The translations under genes and the position numbers were made by a program. DNA of 64,000 nucleotides from a virus, in the IMG/VR virus record IMGVR_UViG_3300021959_007960, positions 32,001 through 96,000 of that record. The stretch is one strand, 5' to 3'. A model generated the notes under the pieces. That model was not told where the DNA came from. It saw only the letters and a program-made list of their open reading frames with translations, and ran no database searches. Positions 39,529 through 49,537 of this stretch are shown piece by piece (position 1 is the stretch's first letter; each line of letters opens with the position of its first letter).

Positions 39529-40673
39529 GTTCTTTCCTTTATAAATTGTATAATTTGAGTATCAATTTCTTCACGAGTCATTTCTGCAATGTCTGTTGCA
39601 GTAATTTGTGGTCTATGTATTGTATAGGTGTTTTCGCATTTTTGTTGTATTTCTGTAGCTGCTTTGTCTCCAGCTTCATCGTTATCCATAATAAGAAATA
39701 GTGTCATAGCCCCAGAAGAATCTAAAATTAGTTTCTGTCTATCGCTTAAATTACAACCGAAAATTGCAACACTATTATGAATATTATTTTCTTCTAATTT
39801 CCATACATTACCTGGACTTTCTACAAGTATTGCATAATTATTATTGTATATGTATTCTTTAGCATTCCAAAAATTATACAGATAATGCTGAGACTTAAAA
39901 CCATAGCTATGTTTCCACTTAGAGTATTGCCAAGCCACATCTTTAGATGGACACATTTCTTCTGGATTGTGATACGATTGACAAGTAGTGCATTTATCAA
40001 ATATACTTCTACCTGTACATCCTACCAAAAACTCTCCAGTGTCATCATATATTGGCACAATAACTCTATTATACATAGGCTTGTCTGGATTACTACAAAG
40101 TCCAACATCATATTTAGTTAGTATGTCTTTTGAAAAACCCCTATCTATATAGTATTGAGAAGGTATTTCAATATTTTTTATTGCTGAATTCCTAGTTATC
40201 TTACTGTTTATTAATTGTTTAGGATTAATTTTATCAACTATTCTAGCAAAATTATTTTTATCTTGAGAGACCTTACTAACCAATAGATCATTGTTGTCAG
40301 AGCCTAGCAAATTTTTGCAGAATTCTACCACCTCATTAAAGGAGCACATTTTATCTCCTTGTTCAGACCAATTATATTTTTGAGAAGATATGACACCTCT
40401 GATAAATCCTAAGATAGATCCTCTGAAACAATGTTCACACTGATGGGTTCTACATTTCCAATTGCCTCTATATGTATCGCCTTCATAGTACAAATTTAAA
40501 GCAGAATCATTATCTCCACTATGAATAGGACAAGACATAGTAATCATCTTACTATTATCTCTATAATCATCTAAACCTAAAGCGTTCAAAACATCTTCTA
40601 TATTATCACACAATAGATCACACATGCGTTTCAATTCTTGTTGATTATACGAATGGGATTTCGTCTTTATCAT
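39525..40673 (-). CDS. dnaG: DNA primase (Zn finger + TOPRIM)
   Basis: CPIH...C..H.C zinc finger, NRVIVPI, GRS, VESPGNV, MDNDEAG. Start taken at MIKTK (track start 40709). Confidence 0.85.
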   Translation of the reverse strand: MIKTKSHSYNQQELKRMCDLLCDNIEDVLNALGLDDYRDNSKMITMSCPIHSGDNDSALNLYYEGDTYRGNWKCRTHQCEHCFRGSILGFIRGVISSQKYNWSEQGDKMCSFNEVVEFCKNLLGSDNNDLLVSKVSQDKNNFARIVDKINPKQLINSKITRNSAIKNIEIPSQYYIDRGFSKDILTKYDVGLCSNPDKPMYNRVIVPIYDDTGEFLVGCTGRSIFDKCTTCQSYHNPEEMCPSKDVAWQYSKWKHSYGFKSQHYLYNFWNAKEYIYNNNYAILVESPGNVWKLEENNIHNSVAIFGCNLSDRQKLILDSSGAMTLFLIMDNDEAGDKAATEIQQKCENTYTIHRPQITATDIAEMTREEIDTQIIQFIKERT

Positions 40674-42093
40674 TGTCAACCACAAACCCTTCTGTATCAT
40701 TTGAGTCATTATTTGCCAATTCCAATTTAGTTCTACCTTCTGTTATCTTCGCACACCAGCCCTTCATATTACAGTTTATGTAATCGTTATCGTCTAAACC
40801 TCCACCGTGTCTACTAATAATAGGAATGAGTTTTCTATTACCAGCAGAAGGTCCGTCTTCTGATATTTCTTCATCACTCTTTCTTTTAAAAATTGTAAAA
40901 TTACTACACAACCAAATAATTCTATCAGAGCCACTAGCTGTATCTGTACTTTCTTTAGTTATCCCATCACGGTTTAACTGTATAAAGGCAACAATAGGTA
41001 TTTTATATTTACTAGCAAAATTATGCAAACTAGTCATCATGAATCCTAAAAGCTGATATTCTTTCATATCGGCAGAAAGTCCTTGAGTATCCATTAATTT
41101 TAGATAGTCATAAAAAACTACGCAATCCTTCGCAGTCCCGTCATCGTTTAGACCTACTTCCTTTACTATCCATCTTTTCATAATAGATAACTGTTCGTCA
41201 AATGGTTTTCCTGCAATAGACTTATGATAAAAATTAGCATTTTTTAATTCCTCTGCTGCTTTATTCACTTTTTGTATGGAAGCATGTGAATCTGCAAACT
41301 TGCCAGTTTCTATTTTGTTCATTTCTATTTCTGTCATCATAGCTATAAGTCTGTTCATATGATCTTGTTTGGTCATTTCAGTGTCCATATTTAAAACCGG
41401 AATGCCTGACTTAGCTATGTTTAAACCCATGTTGTCTGACAATAAAGTTTTACCAGTTTTTGGTCTAGCAGCAATAACATTAATTGTACTTTTTCGCAAA
41501 CCTCCTCCAATTGATTGGTCGTATACTGGAAAGCCTGTAGGAATACCTACCTGATCTATAGGGTTTTCTTGTAATTCTTTTAAATAATCATCTAATCCTG
41601 TAGCCATTTGTTCTGGAGCAGTATCGTCGTTACTAATTAAGTTAGTAAAATCAAAAATCGGATCTTCTGCCAAAGAGATAATATGAGAAACACTTTCTGA
41701 ACCATTTATTCCATTGATATTTTTCTGAGCATTACCCAGTTGTTCTTTTAAAAGTCTTGCTATTTTTAGTTTGGCTATTTTAGTAGCAAACTTTTTTACA
41801 TTGTCTCGATGTATAGGAAAATTTAAAACAGCCTGCAGGTGGCTGAGTTCATCTTTTTTATTAAAAAAATCTTCATAACCTAATTCTTTTGCTTTAGATA
41901 AAATAGATGCTATATCTATTGCTGTTATGTTTTCTTCACAAAGGCTATGTAAACATTGAAAAATTAATTTATTACTATCTATAGTAAAACACTCAGCGTC
42001 CATAACGTCTGCAATTTCCAAATATATGCCATCTGCATATTTACATATGCCAGATAGTACTGCTCTTTCTGCTGCTGTGTCTTTTAACGACAT
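40645..42093 (-). CDS. dnaB: Replicative DNA helicase
   Basis: AERAVL, AARPKTGKT, DTEM, YDYL, QLNR. Start taken at MSLKD. Confidence 0.93.
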   Translation of the reverse strand: MSLKDTAAERAVLSGICKYADGIYLEIADVMDAECFTIDSNKLIFQCLHSLCEENITAIDIASILSKAKELGYEDFFNKKDELSHLQAVLNFPIHRDNVKKFATKIAKLKIARLLKEQLGNAQKNINGINGSESVSHIISLAEDPIFDFTNLISNDDTAPEQMATGLDDYLKELQENPIDQVGIPTGFPVYDQSIGGGLRKSTINVIAARPKTGKTLLSDNMGLNIAKSGIPVLNMDTEMTKQDHMNRLIAMMTEIEMNKIETGKFADSHASIQKVNKAAEELKNANFYHKSIAGKPFDEQLSIMKRWIVKEVGLNDDGTAKDCVVFYDYLKLMDTQGLSADMKEYQLLGFMMTSLHNFASKYKIPIVAFIQLNRDGITKESTDTASGSDRIIWLCSNFTIFKRKSDEEISEDGPSAGNRKLIPIISRHGGGLDDNDYINCNMKGWCAKITEGRTKLELANNDSNDTEGFVVDNDKDEIPFV

Positions 42094-42094
42094 A

Positions 42095-42484
42095 CTAACC
42101 CCCAATCCTTGAGCAAGCATTACATTTATAGCGAGAAGATTCTGTAACTAATACAGGATTTACTTTTTCTCTCTTACCACAAGAACGACATGTAACATCA
42201 ACACTATTGTACTTTCTGGTTCTTGGAGCAGGAGGTTTTACATTTAACTTTCTGTCTATTTCTACATCTTCTTTGTGCATACCTCTAATGTCCATACTCT
42301 CAAATTTATTTAGACTTGCTTTTTTTGTAGTTGTTGTGCTCTTTTTTCTGTTAGTTTTTGTTTTTTTACTAGTAGTTCTTTTTTTTCTAGTAGTCTTCTT
42401 AGGTGCTTCTTGGGGTTCGTCGTCATCAACCAAAGACCTTAAAAGATCTACAATTTGTTCTATGGTTTCTTTTTTATTGCTCAT
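42095..42484 (-). CDS. Basic zinc-finger hypothetical protein
   Basis: Lys/Thr-rich linker; CRSC...CNAC. Confidence 0.7.
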   Translation of the reverse strand: MSNKKETIEQIVDLLRSLVDDDEPQEAPKKTTRKKRTTSKKTKTNRKKSTTTTKKASLNKFESMDIRGMHKEDVEIDRKLNVKPPAPRTRKYNSVDVTCRSCGKREKVNPVLVTESSRYKCNACSRIGG

Positions 42485-42956
42485 GTTTCAATTTACTCCT
42501 CTGAATATTTAGCAAGATATCTGATAGGTTTTTGATACTATTTGCTATATACTGCAATCTGTCAGATCTCATCTTAGCGTATTTTTTAATTTTGTTCAAT
42601 GAATTTGCACTATCATTATGCTTTATTGCTTGTGTTGATTTTTCAATATAGCCATATCCTTTGTATGTGTTTAGTTCATCTGCAATGACTTCTTTAATAT
42701 TCTCTTCAGCCCAATTACATCTTGCTAATTCTCTATTTATACTTCGTTGAATATGAAAACTAAACTGACCTAATCTATATGCTATCTCGCCACAATCTTG
42801 TGGTGTCATAGTTTCCAAAACTTTTCTGTCCATTGAAAAATAGTGTTCAAGTTCATCGTTAGAAAATTGCTGTCCTTGATAAACAGGAAGACCAATACCT
42901 TTTTCATATTCATCTAAAACGCTATCCCACTCTTTAACTTTTTCTTTAGTATTCAT
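42474..42956 (-). CDS. Helical hypothetical protein (possibly a recombination mediator, UvsY-like by position)
   Basis: 160-aa coiled-coil-like ORF between recA and dnaB; function inferred. Confidence 0.5.
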   Translation of the reverse strand: MNTKEKVKEWDSVLDEYEKGIGLPVYQGQQFSNDELEHYFSMDRKVLETMTPQDCGEIAYRLGQFSFHIQRSINRELARCNWAEENIKEVIADELNTYKGYGYIEKSTQAIKHNDSANSLNKIKKYAKMRSDRLQYIANSIKNLSDILLNIQRSKLKHEQ

Positions 42957-43353
42957 CTATTTTTTTTGTCCAATCGTCTAAATTTTCATTATAAGGTAGT
43001 TCAACATATGTAATATTATTTTGCTCACACCATTCTTTTTTTTCGTTATCTCTTTTCTTCGCCTTCAAAAAATTTAATTTAGTAGTATGATAAAAAGGAA
43101 TAAACTTATAATGTTGTTCCCCATGTACTTCGACACAAGTTTTTATGAGAGGTAAATAAAAATCCAAATACATAACTTCTTTAGGTCTAACTGGTATAGA
43201 TACTTCTTCTAAAATTTGAAGGGTAGGAAATAGTTCATGTAATAATTGTCTAGCACGAATATGATATGTAGATTTATTAGTAGCTGTAGCCTTAGAGATA
43301 TATCCCTTTAGATTCCATTGTTTAGTATTATTATCTAAATCTACGATATTCAT
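42946..43353 (-). CDS. Small Vsr/DUF559-like endonuclease
   Basis: LDFYLP..CVEVHGEQHY...RD..KKEWC...YVELPY. Confidence 0.75.
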   Translation of the reverse strand: MNIVDLDNNTKQWNLKGYISKATATNKSTYHIRARQLLHELFPTLQILEEVSIPVRPKEVMYLDFYLPLIKTCVEVHGEQHYKFIPFYHTTKLNFLKAKKRDNEKKEWCEQNNITYVELPYNENLDDWTKKIDEY

Positions 43354-44420
43354 TATATTCCTAACGCATCACTGACTTCTGATATTAAATTGTTATAAAC
43401 TTCAGGATTGTTTACCATAAAATCTCTAGCCTTTTCGGAACCTTGAAACTTAGGTGTTTCATCTATACTAGTAAAAGTATACCAAGCACCACCTTTACTA
43501 ATAATGCCAATGTCTACTGCAAGATTAAATAATTCCATATATTTATCCAAACCTTCTCCATATCTAATATAGCTTGTGGTTGTTGCTCCCGGAGGGCCTA
43601 GAGCAGAACATACCACTTGCCATTCCACTTCTTGTCCAATTTGATTGTTTTCTTTACCTAAAAGCCAAGGACTAAATCTTTTTGCTCGTAACTTAATATC
43701 GGTTTGGTATGCAATAGCTTGTCCAGATTTTTCTTTAAACTCCGCACCATACCCTGTAGGATTTCCCATTAGATGAGTAATACCTATCACAATATTTTTA
43801 TTAACAGGAATAACATTTGCAACTTTCCTACAAAATTTTGCTAATAACTTTGCCCCATCTGCTCTTTGCATTTTATTCATATCTGACGTAATTTCTGCTT
43901 CAGTACATAGTGCAGAATAGGAGTCTATAATTACAATACTTCCCGGTTCTTGGTTAATAATTCTTTCTGCAATCTGGAGATATTCTTCTGCATGTAAAAT
44001 CTTACCTTGAGTAGAGCCTATCAAAGTAAACCTATTCAAGTCCAAACCTTTAATGCCTTCTATATCTCTTTTCTTTAGTCTTCCTTCTATATTTAAATAG
44101 TATACATGTCTTGGTTTTTCTAGATTGCCTTGATACTTAGGGTCTAATGCGGTAGCTGCCAAACTTAATGATGTAACAGTTTTACCACACTTAGGCTGTC
44201 CTGTCAATACTACAAAACTACCTTCTGGAACACCTCCGTTTAGTATCATGTCTAATGATGGACTTAAAGGAATAACAATAGTTTGCTTTTCCTTAATAGC
44301 ACTACCAGACATTAAAATATCTTCACCAAACGTTTTCTTTAAGTCTGTAGCTAAAGCAGTATTGATAGAGGGAACAGACAGTGCTGTTGATTTTTTAGTA
44401 CTAAGTGCCTTACTCGCCAT
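43353..44420 (-). CDS. recA: RecA/UvsX recombinase
   Basis: SPSLDMILNGGVPEG, GQPKCGKT, IIDSYSAL, ISKGGAWY, FQG. Confidence 0.92.
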   Translation of the reverse strand: MASKALSTKKSTALSVPSINTALATDLKKTFGEDILMSGSAIKEKQTIVIPLSPSLDMILNGGVPEGSFVVLTGQPKCGKTVTSLSLAATALDPKYQGNLEKPRHVYYLNIEGRLKKRDIEGIKGLDLNRFTLIGSTQGKILHAEEYLQIAERIINQEPGSIVIIDSYSALCTEAEITSDMNKMQRADGAKLLAKFCRKVANVIPVNKNIVIGITHLMGNPTGYGAEFKEKSGQAIAYQTDIKLRAKRFSPWLLGKENNQIGQEVEWQVVCSALGPPGATTTSYIRYGEGLDKYMELFNLAVDIGIISKGGAWYTFTSIDETPKFQGSEKARDFMVNNPEVYNNLISEVSDALGI

Positions 44421-44835
44421 TGTCTAAGTCCTTTATTTTAGAAATAATACTTTTTTTGTTTTTATTTGTAGCAAATTTTTTGATAGTTTTTCGTTCATAG
44501 CTATTGTTTAAATCTGTATTTTCTATTAATAGCTTATCTTCTTCACTCTCTATTATAGCAATAAGATGTGGAGCCCTCAAGGAATAAATTCTAGAACTTT
44601 TCGGATTATTTAAAGCTCTGATGATAGCTTTAGAATTATACTTTTTAAGTAATTTATTTGCAGTTCCTATTTGATTTCTGTAATAAGCCGACCATGTTTT
44701 ATGAGTCCAGAATCTATAATGTAAATCTAGCTTATTTTTTTGAGCATAATGTTCACATATAATCTCAGTAATATATTGTGCAGCAGTTACTTGTTTATCA
44801 TTAGAATATTTTGAAATATATTGTTGCTGTTTCAT
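44410..44835 (-). CDS. Hypothetical protein
   Basis: 141 aa, coupled ORF. Confidence 0.65.
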   Translation of the reverse strand: MKQQQYISKYSNDKQVTAAQYITEIICEHYAQKNKLDLHYRFWTHKTWSAYYRNQIGTANKLLKKYNSKAIIRALNNPKSSRIYSLRAPHLIAIIESEEDKLLIENTDLNNSYERKTIKKFATNKNKKSIISKIKDLDNGE

Positions 44836-45164
44836 TCTGTGATTTTAAAAATGTTTTTATTATGCTTATGTTCTGTAAATGCTGGATGTTTCTTATTTGC
44901 GTCGTTTACTTCTGATGCTTCCTTAGTCATAACAGCGACTTGGTTATTATTCTTGCTGTTGGTATGTCTGATCATTAAATCCTTAGAATTTACTGGGCCA
45001 GATTTAACATCTGTTGTTTTCTCTTTTGTCGCTACAGAATTTTTAGCTACAAAATTGCTGACTGTTTTTTCAGGAAGTTTTAATTCTTTAACAATTTCTG
45101 GCACAGACTTATCGTTGTGCATTAGCCACTGAATTGCATATTTTTGTGTGTTATTTAATCTCAT
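44832..45164 (-). CDS. HTH-containing hypothetical protein
   Basis: KSVPEIVKELKLPEKTVSNFV. Confidence 0.6.
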   Translation of the reverse strand: MRLNNTQKYAIQWLMHNDKSVPEIVKELKLPEKTVSNFVAKNSVATKEKTTDVKSGPVNSKDLMIRHTNSKNNNQVAVMTKEASEVNDANKKHPAFTEHKHNKNIFKITE

Positions 45165-45559
45165 GATAGTTCCCTGTTAGTATTATTAAGCCATGCAATA
45201 TTTTTGGTCCTCAAAAAAGATAGATAAAGTTCAAAAACTCTTTGATTAACTTTTTTGTAGTTAAATTCATTTTTACCTATTTTAGACAAGACTTTATTAT
45301 GTTGACCTTCTGAAAACAAACCAATAGGATTATGTGCTCTATTATCTAATCCTACTTTAATAAAAAACTTACCATCTATTGTCTTTGCAAAAGTATTATC
45401 GTGTTCTTCGTTTTGTCTTGTATTACCTTCATCATCAATATAGTCTTGATTCCCTACAGCAGTATAATACATACCTTCTTTTTGTTTTGTTGCAGACTCA
45501 TTGTCTTTTGTTTTATTTACAATAAATTGGTCAAAATTATCAGTCATAATTATCTCCAC
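45161..45559 (-). CDS. Hypothetical protein
   Basis: Coupled ORF; probable start MTDN. Confidence 0.65.
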   Translation of the reverse strand: MEIIMTDNFDQFIVNKTKDNESATKQKEGMYYTAVGNQDYIDDEGNTRQNEEHDNTFAKTIDGKFFIKVGLDNRAHNPIGLFSEGQHNKVLSKIGKNEFNYKKVNQRVFELYLSFLRTKNIAWLNNTNRELS

Positions 45560-45891
45560 TTAATTTTCTTTTGAGGTTTTTTCATTCTCGACATACCTTT
45601 TGGTAATTCTTTAACCAAATCCTGATCTTTATATTCATTATGCTTTTTATCTAATGCAATCTTTTGGTCATCTGATAAATTGTCTCTGTTTCTATTAGCT
45701 AAATCTCCAATGGTTTTGAGTTCACTATCAGCTTTTTTAACAGATGCAGACTGCGTTAAGATATCATCGTAATCTCTTTGACAGGTTTTCTTACAGTCTG
45801 GACATCTCACCCTTTCTTTATACTTGCTAATATAAAAAAACTTTTCGAAAGTTATATCGCACTTAGGACAAAAATAACTATAATTAGGCAT
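45550..45891 (-). CDS. FmdB-family zinc-ribbon protein
   Basis: MPNYSYFCPKC...FE...CPDC. Confidence 0.8.
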   Translation of the reverse strand: MPNYSYFCPKCDITFEKFFYISKYKERVRCPDCKKTCQRDYDDILTQSASVKKADSELKTIGDLANRNRDNLSDDQKIALDKKHNEYKDQDLVKELPKGMSRMKKPQKKIKWR

Positions 45892-45933
45892 CAGATATAA
45901 TATCTCCCATTTCTCAGTATCCTTTGGTCTACT

Positions 45934-45962
45934 ATAGTATGCAGCTGACAGGCGAATGGCAA
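45934..45962 (-). promoter_or_regulatory. sigma70-like promoter heading the FmdB-recA-dnaB operon
   Basis: TTGCCA-N17-TACTAT followed by RBS gggaga. Confidence 0.6.
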
Positions 45963-45966
45963 GGGT

Positions 45967-46677
45967 TCATTTTAATTTATTAACAATGTCAGCTATAATA
46001 GGATTTCTGACAATATCAACAGGTTCTAGATATGAAAAACCTATATGATATGTATCTTGTAATCTATCTATTACAGTTTTAAAACCACCTTGTTTTCTAA
46101 ATTCTAGATCAGACTGTTCTACATCTCCAGTTAAGACCATTTTACTATCCATGCCGATACGTGTCAATAGCATTTTTAATTGATCGTAAGAAGCATTTTG
46201 GCATTCATCAGCAACAATAAAAGAGTTGTGAAAACTTCTACCCCTCATAAGACCTAGAGGTACAATTTCTACTTGACGAGTATGAACTAATTTACTATAA
46301 TGTTCTTTTTTTAGAAAGTAATTAATTTCATCAAATAATGGTAATAAATAAGGGTGTAATTTTTCTTCTGCTGTTCCCGGTAAAAAACCTAGTTTTTCTC
46401 CAGCCTCTACAACAGGTCTAGTAATTACTACTTTTTCTACCTTTCCATGTATCAAATGTTCAAAGGCCATACCTACAGCTATATGAGTTTTACCACTTCC
46501 AGCAACACCTTGACAGAAAGTGATCGTATTTTCTGCAACAGCTCTAATATAGTCTTTCTGATTGTTGCTTCTAGGCTTTAATCTATTTTTAAAACCTATA
46601 CCCACATCTTCTATATTATCAATACTATGTTTATCTCCCTGTATATGTATGGTTCCTTTTTTATTTTTTTTTCTCAA
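45967..46677 (-). CDS. phoH: PhoH-like ATPase
   Basis: GVAGSGKT, TRPVVEAGEKLGFLPG, MRGRSF, DECQN, LTRIG, TGD..QSD. Probable TTG start at 46677. Confidence 0.93.
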   Translation of the reverse strand: MRKKNKKGTIHIQGDKHSIDNIEDVGIGFKNRLKPRSNNQKDYIRAVAENTITFCQGVAGSGKTHIAVGMAFEHLIHGKVEKVVITRPVVEAGEKLGFLPGTAEEKLHPYLLPLFDEINYFLKKEHYSKLVHTRQVEIVPLGLMRGRSFHNSFIVADECQNASYDQLKMLLTRIGMDSKMVLTGDVEQSDLEFRKQGGFKTVIDRLQDTYHIGFSYLEPVDIVRNPIIADIVNKLK

Positions 46678-46703
46678 AATTATACCCCTTTTTAGGATAA
46701 AGA

Positions 46704-48899
46704 CTAAATCAGACAAGCGCCACCGGCACAACTAATTTCTTCTATTCCTACGGTATTGTCTTCAGTTTCCAGTAGTTGTGTGTAATCAACCTTTTTAAAA
46801 CTATCATAAAGATCCATATAAAATTTCCAGTTATAGACATCTTTCATACAGTATGTTAAACGCCTTAAATCTCCATCAAAATACTTTTTAGCAAATCTAT
46901 TCATTTTTGTAGCAAAAAGTTTTTTAGCTTCTGAGTCTTCTTCAGTTGCTTGTTCAAGAGTCATATAATCACAAGCTGCCCAAAGATTTAAATGGAAAGC
47001 ATTTAGGCCTAATTCAATTAAACCAGAACACCACAAAGCAGCATCTCCATATTCTTTTACTATTTCTCTACTAGTATAAACTGTAGTAAAAGGAGCCTGA
47101 GGATAGTCTTTATCTCCACTTTGAGGAATAAGACTAATACCAGCAAAAAACTTTCTATTATTATAAATAAATTTAGTTACATCTTCCCACTCGTCTGGTT
47201 GTACTGTAACAGTATTACTTACATTATGACTTAAAAAATCTTGTGTACAGAGGGATCTGTTTTTACCAGAATGCACCCAGTTTTTTTGAGCGTCTTTCAC
47301 AACACCTAACATAGCTACGGCAGGTAATTGATTTTTTAATTTAGAGCCATCAGGAACTTCTATAGGGAATTTTACTACCTCATCTGTATTATTAGCAGAC
47401 CAAGCAGATTTTTCACAGGCTTGTGGATTATAGTTTTTAAAATGCTGATATGGAGCTTCTAAAACATTAGCTTGTACATGTCTAATATATCGTTTAGCAT
47501 GATGCGGATGTATGCCCGAACTAGTTCCTAACATACTACTACTTGTTCCTTCTGGCTTGAGACAAGTAACTCTAGCAGCTTGATTGATATTAATTTTTTT
47601 AGACAATTCTTTATTTGTAGAGACAGCAATCTTTGCCCCATTTTTTAATACTTTTTCTGTTAGTACTAGTTCATGTTTTTCCATAATGCCTGTGAGACTT
47701 ACCCCTAGAAGTGCTTCACGATCAAAGATAGACTTGCTTACTTCTCCTAAGTAATCTAATTGTGTGAAACCAGCCTGTAAAGTACCTATGATTGCAGCAG
47801 CTTTACATCTTTCATAGAAATCCTCTTCATCTACTACAGAAGAACAATTAATAGTAGAAAGATTACAACCTTGCCATCCTGACTTACCAGATTTTTCATC
47901 TACAGGCCACATCCCAACTTCCACACAAGGATTAAAAGTCATTTCAGTAGAGTCACTCCAGATAAAACCTGGCTCACCAAATTGTTTAACTGATTCCATT
48001 AGTACTTGAAACTGTTCATATGTCGTATCATCTTTTATCAATAAAGCTGAGTTATTACTTCTGGCTCTTTGAGGATTATCTACATACCAATTCCCTGTTT
48101 TAGCTTTAGCCATTTCTTCATCGTCTGCACTAAATAATGCTAACGATGCGCTTCTACGAACACCACCAGATAATACAGCATCGCTTGAGTGCATAATAAT
48201 ATCATAAGCATCAATAGGCCTGAGTTTTTTTTGTTTGTTTTCAACGCACTTCTCCAATAATTCTCTAATTTTTTCTAAACCATTTTGTAAAGGCTCAAAG
48301 CCCGGAGCTTTGCCCACACCAGAAGATAATTGAGCGCCTTTTTCTCTAATGTTACTATAATCAAAAACAATGTGTTGATTTTTATATTCTTTGAATTTAT
48401 CTTCAGATGGCTTATTAAAATAAGAACTAAGCAAAACACCTAAAGCATCAGCCCAGCCCTCAATACTATCTTCTATAACATACTTTATACCACGTTTAGG
48501 TTTAGCTTCATGAGATAAAGTAGGCAGTTTAGCAACATGGTGTTTTTGGACACTAAATCCTGTACCGCTTCCGCACAACAACAACCAGAAGCACTCTTGG
48601 AAAAATCTTAATCTATCGCAATATGAACTAGTACAATTATATATTTTAGCATGTCTTTTTAATATAGGATCTCCACCAAACTGCAAGGCTCTTTGACTAC
48701 CTAGTACTCTTTTTTTAAACATTAAATCATAAGCCCAATCAATTTCTTCGGCAATATTGTCTTCAGAATATTGAGTATGCATCATATTTTTAACACGATC
48801 TACTGCTTCTTTCCATGTTTCTCTTCTATTTTCACTCTCTATCCAACGGGCATACTTACTAACAAATGTATAATTCTGTAATTCATTTAATGCCGACAT
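46704..48899 (-). CDS. nrdJ: Class II (adenosylcobalamin-dependent) ribonucleotide reductase
   Basis: YNC, GGVRRSA, NPCVE, CNLS, KPEGT, HNVSNTV, C-terminal CAGGAC; no nrdB nearby. Confidence 0.85.
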   Translation of the reverse strand: MSALNELQNYTFVSKYARWIESENRRETWKEAVDRVKNMMHTQYSEDNIAEEIDWAYDLMFKKRVLGSQRALQFGGDPILKRHAKIYNCTSSYCDRLRFFQECFWLLLCGSGTGFSVQKHHVAKLPTLSHEAKPKRGIKYVIEDSIEGWADALGVLLSSYFNKPSEDKFKEYKNQHIVFDYSNIREKGAQLSSGVGKAPGFEPLQNGLEKIRELLEKCVENKQKKLRPIDAYDIIMHSSDAVLSGGVRRSASLALFSADDEEMAKAKTGNWYVDNPQRARSNNSALLIKDDTTYEQFQVLMESVKQFGEPGFIWSDSTEMTFNPCVEVGMWPVDEKSGKSGWQGCNLSTINCSSVVDEEDFYERCKAAAIIGTLQAGFTQLDYLGEVSKSIFDREALLGVSLTGIMEKHELVLTEKVLKNGAKIAVSTNKELSKKININQAARVTCLKPEGTSSSMLGTSSGIHPHHAKRYIRHVQANVLEAPYQHFKNYNPQACEKSAWSANNTDEVVKFPIEVPDGSKLKNQLPAVAMLGVVKDAQKNWVHSGKNRSLCTQDFLSHNVSNTVTVQPDEWEDVTKFIYNNRKFFAGISLIPQSGDKDYPQAPFTTVYTSREIVKEYGDAALWCSGLIELGLNAFHLNLWAACDYMTLEQATEEDSEAKKLFATKMNRFAKKYFDGDLRRLTYCMKDVYNWKFYMDLYDSFKKVDYTQLLETEDNTVGIEEISCAGGACLI

Positions 48900-48924
48900 A
48901 CTTGCACACTCCTTGAAAAATCTC

Positions 48925-49004
48925 TTGAAAAAGCCCTTTGGAAGAAAATATTGAAGTCATAAACATATGATAGCGTTCCGTTTATGTTTGGCAAGGGCTA
49001 GAGG
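48925..49004 (-). promoter_or_regulatory. Structured 5' leader of nrdJ (nested stems plus U-tract)
   Basis: agccctt/aagggct outer stem, cataaac/gtttatg inner stem, followed by TTTT. Confidence 0.45.
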
Positions 49005-49030
49005 AAAAATAGTTAATTTGGATAACTTAA

Positions 49031-49040
49031 TATTACACCT
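49031..49040 (-). promoter_or_regulatory. GGTGTA(A/T)-type putative phage promoter motif
   Basis: aggtgtaata in the intergenic region upstream of the nrdJ leader. Confidence 0.4.
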
Positions 49041-49075
49041 GATAGAATTAGCATGAGAAAAAGTTTTTATAATTT

Positions 49076-49537
49076 TTAAATATCAATTTCTTTTATCCAA
49101 GAAATATTTGGTGTAGCATAAACAACCTGCATACCGCTTTGTTTTACGAAAAAATCAAAATTGTGTTTTTCTTTATCGTTAAATAATTTTGTTCCATGAG
49201 AGTTTGCCATAATGACTTTGGTCACGCCTTCTTGCCACAAAGATAAAATACAATCGTTACAACACTGCCCTGTGACATAAGCTATTCCGTTGTCTGGTCG
49301 GATAACGCAATTACTTAAAGCATTTCTTTCTGCGTGTATCATCCAATCGTATTTTTCTGGTCTAGAAGTTGGCAACAAAGAATCATTCATACCTTTAGGA
49401 AAACCATTATATCCTACACCTAATATTATATGGTTTTGGTCTGTGATCACACAACCATGTTGAGTATGAATATCATGACTACGTTGTGAAATAACTTTTG
49501 CAAGTCCTAAAAAATAGTCTGTCCACTCTGGTCTCAT
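49076..49537 (-). CDS. dCMP deaminase
   Basis: WTDYFLGLA, GYNGFPKG, IHAERNA, CCNDC. Confidence 0.9.
   Translation of the reverse strand: MRPEWTDYFLGLAKVISQRSHDIHTQHGCVITDQNHIILGVGYNGFPKGMNDSLLPTSRPEKYDWMIHAERNALSNCVIRPDNGIAYVTGQCCNDCILSLWQEGVTKVIMANSHGTKLFNDKEKHNFDFFVKQSGMQVVYATPNISWIKEIDI

Noticed and set aside
48900-49075. Canonical cobalamin riboswitch, NrdR box or tRNA
   Set aside because: No B12-box/GGGAA..GCCACTG consensus, NrdR palindrome or cloverleaf is recognisable. Kept only as an unclassified structured leader.
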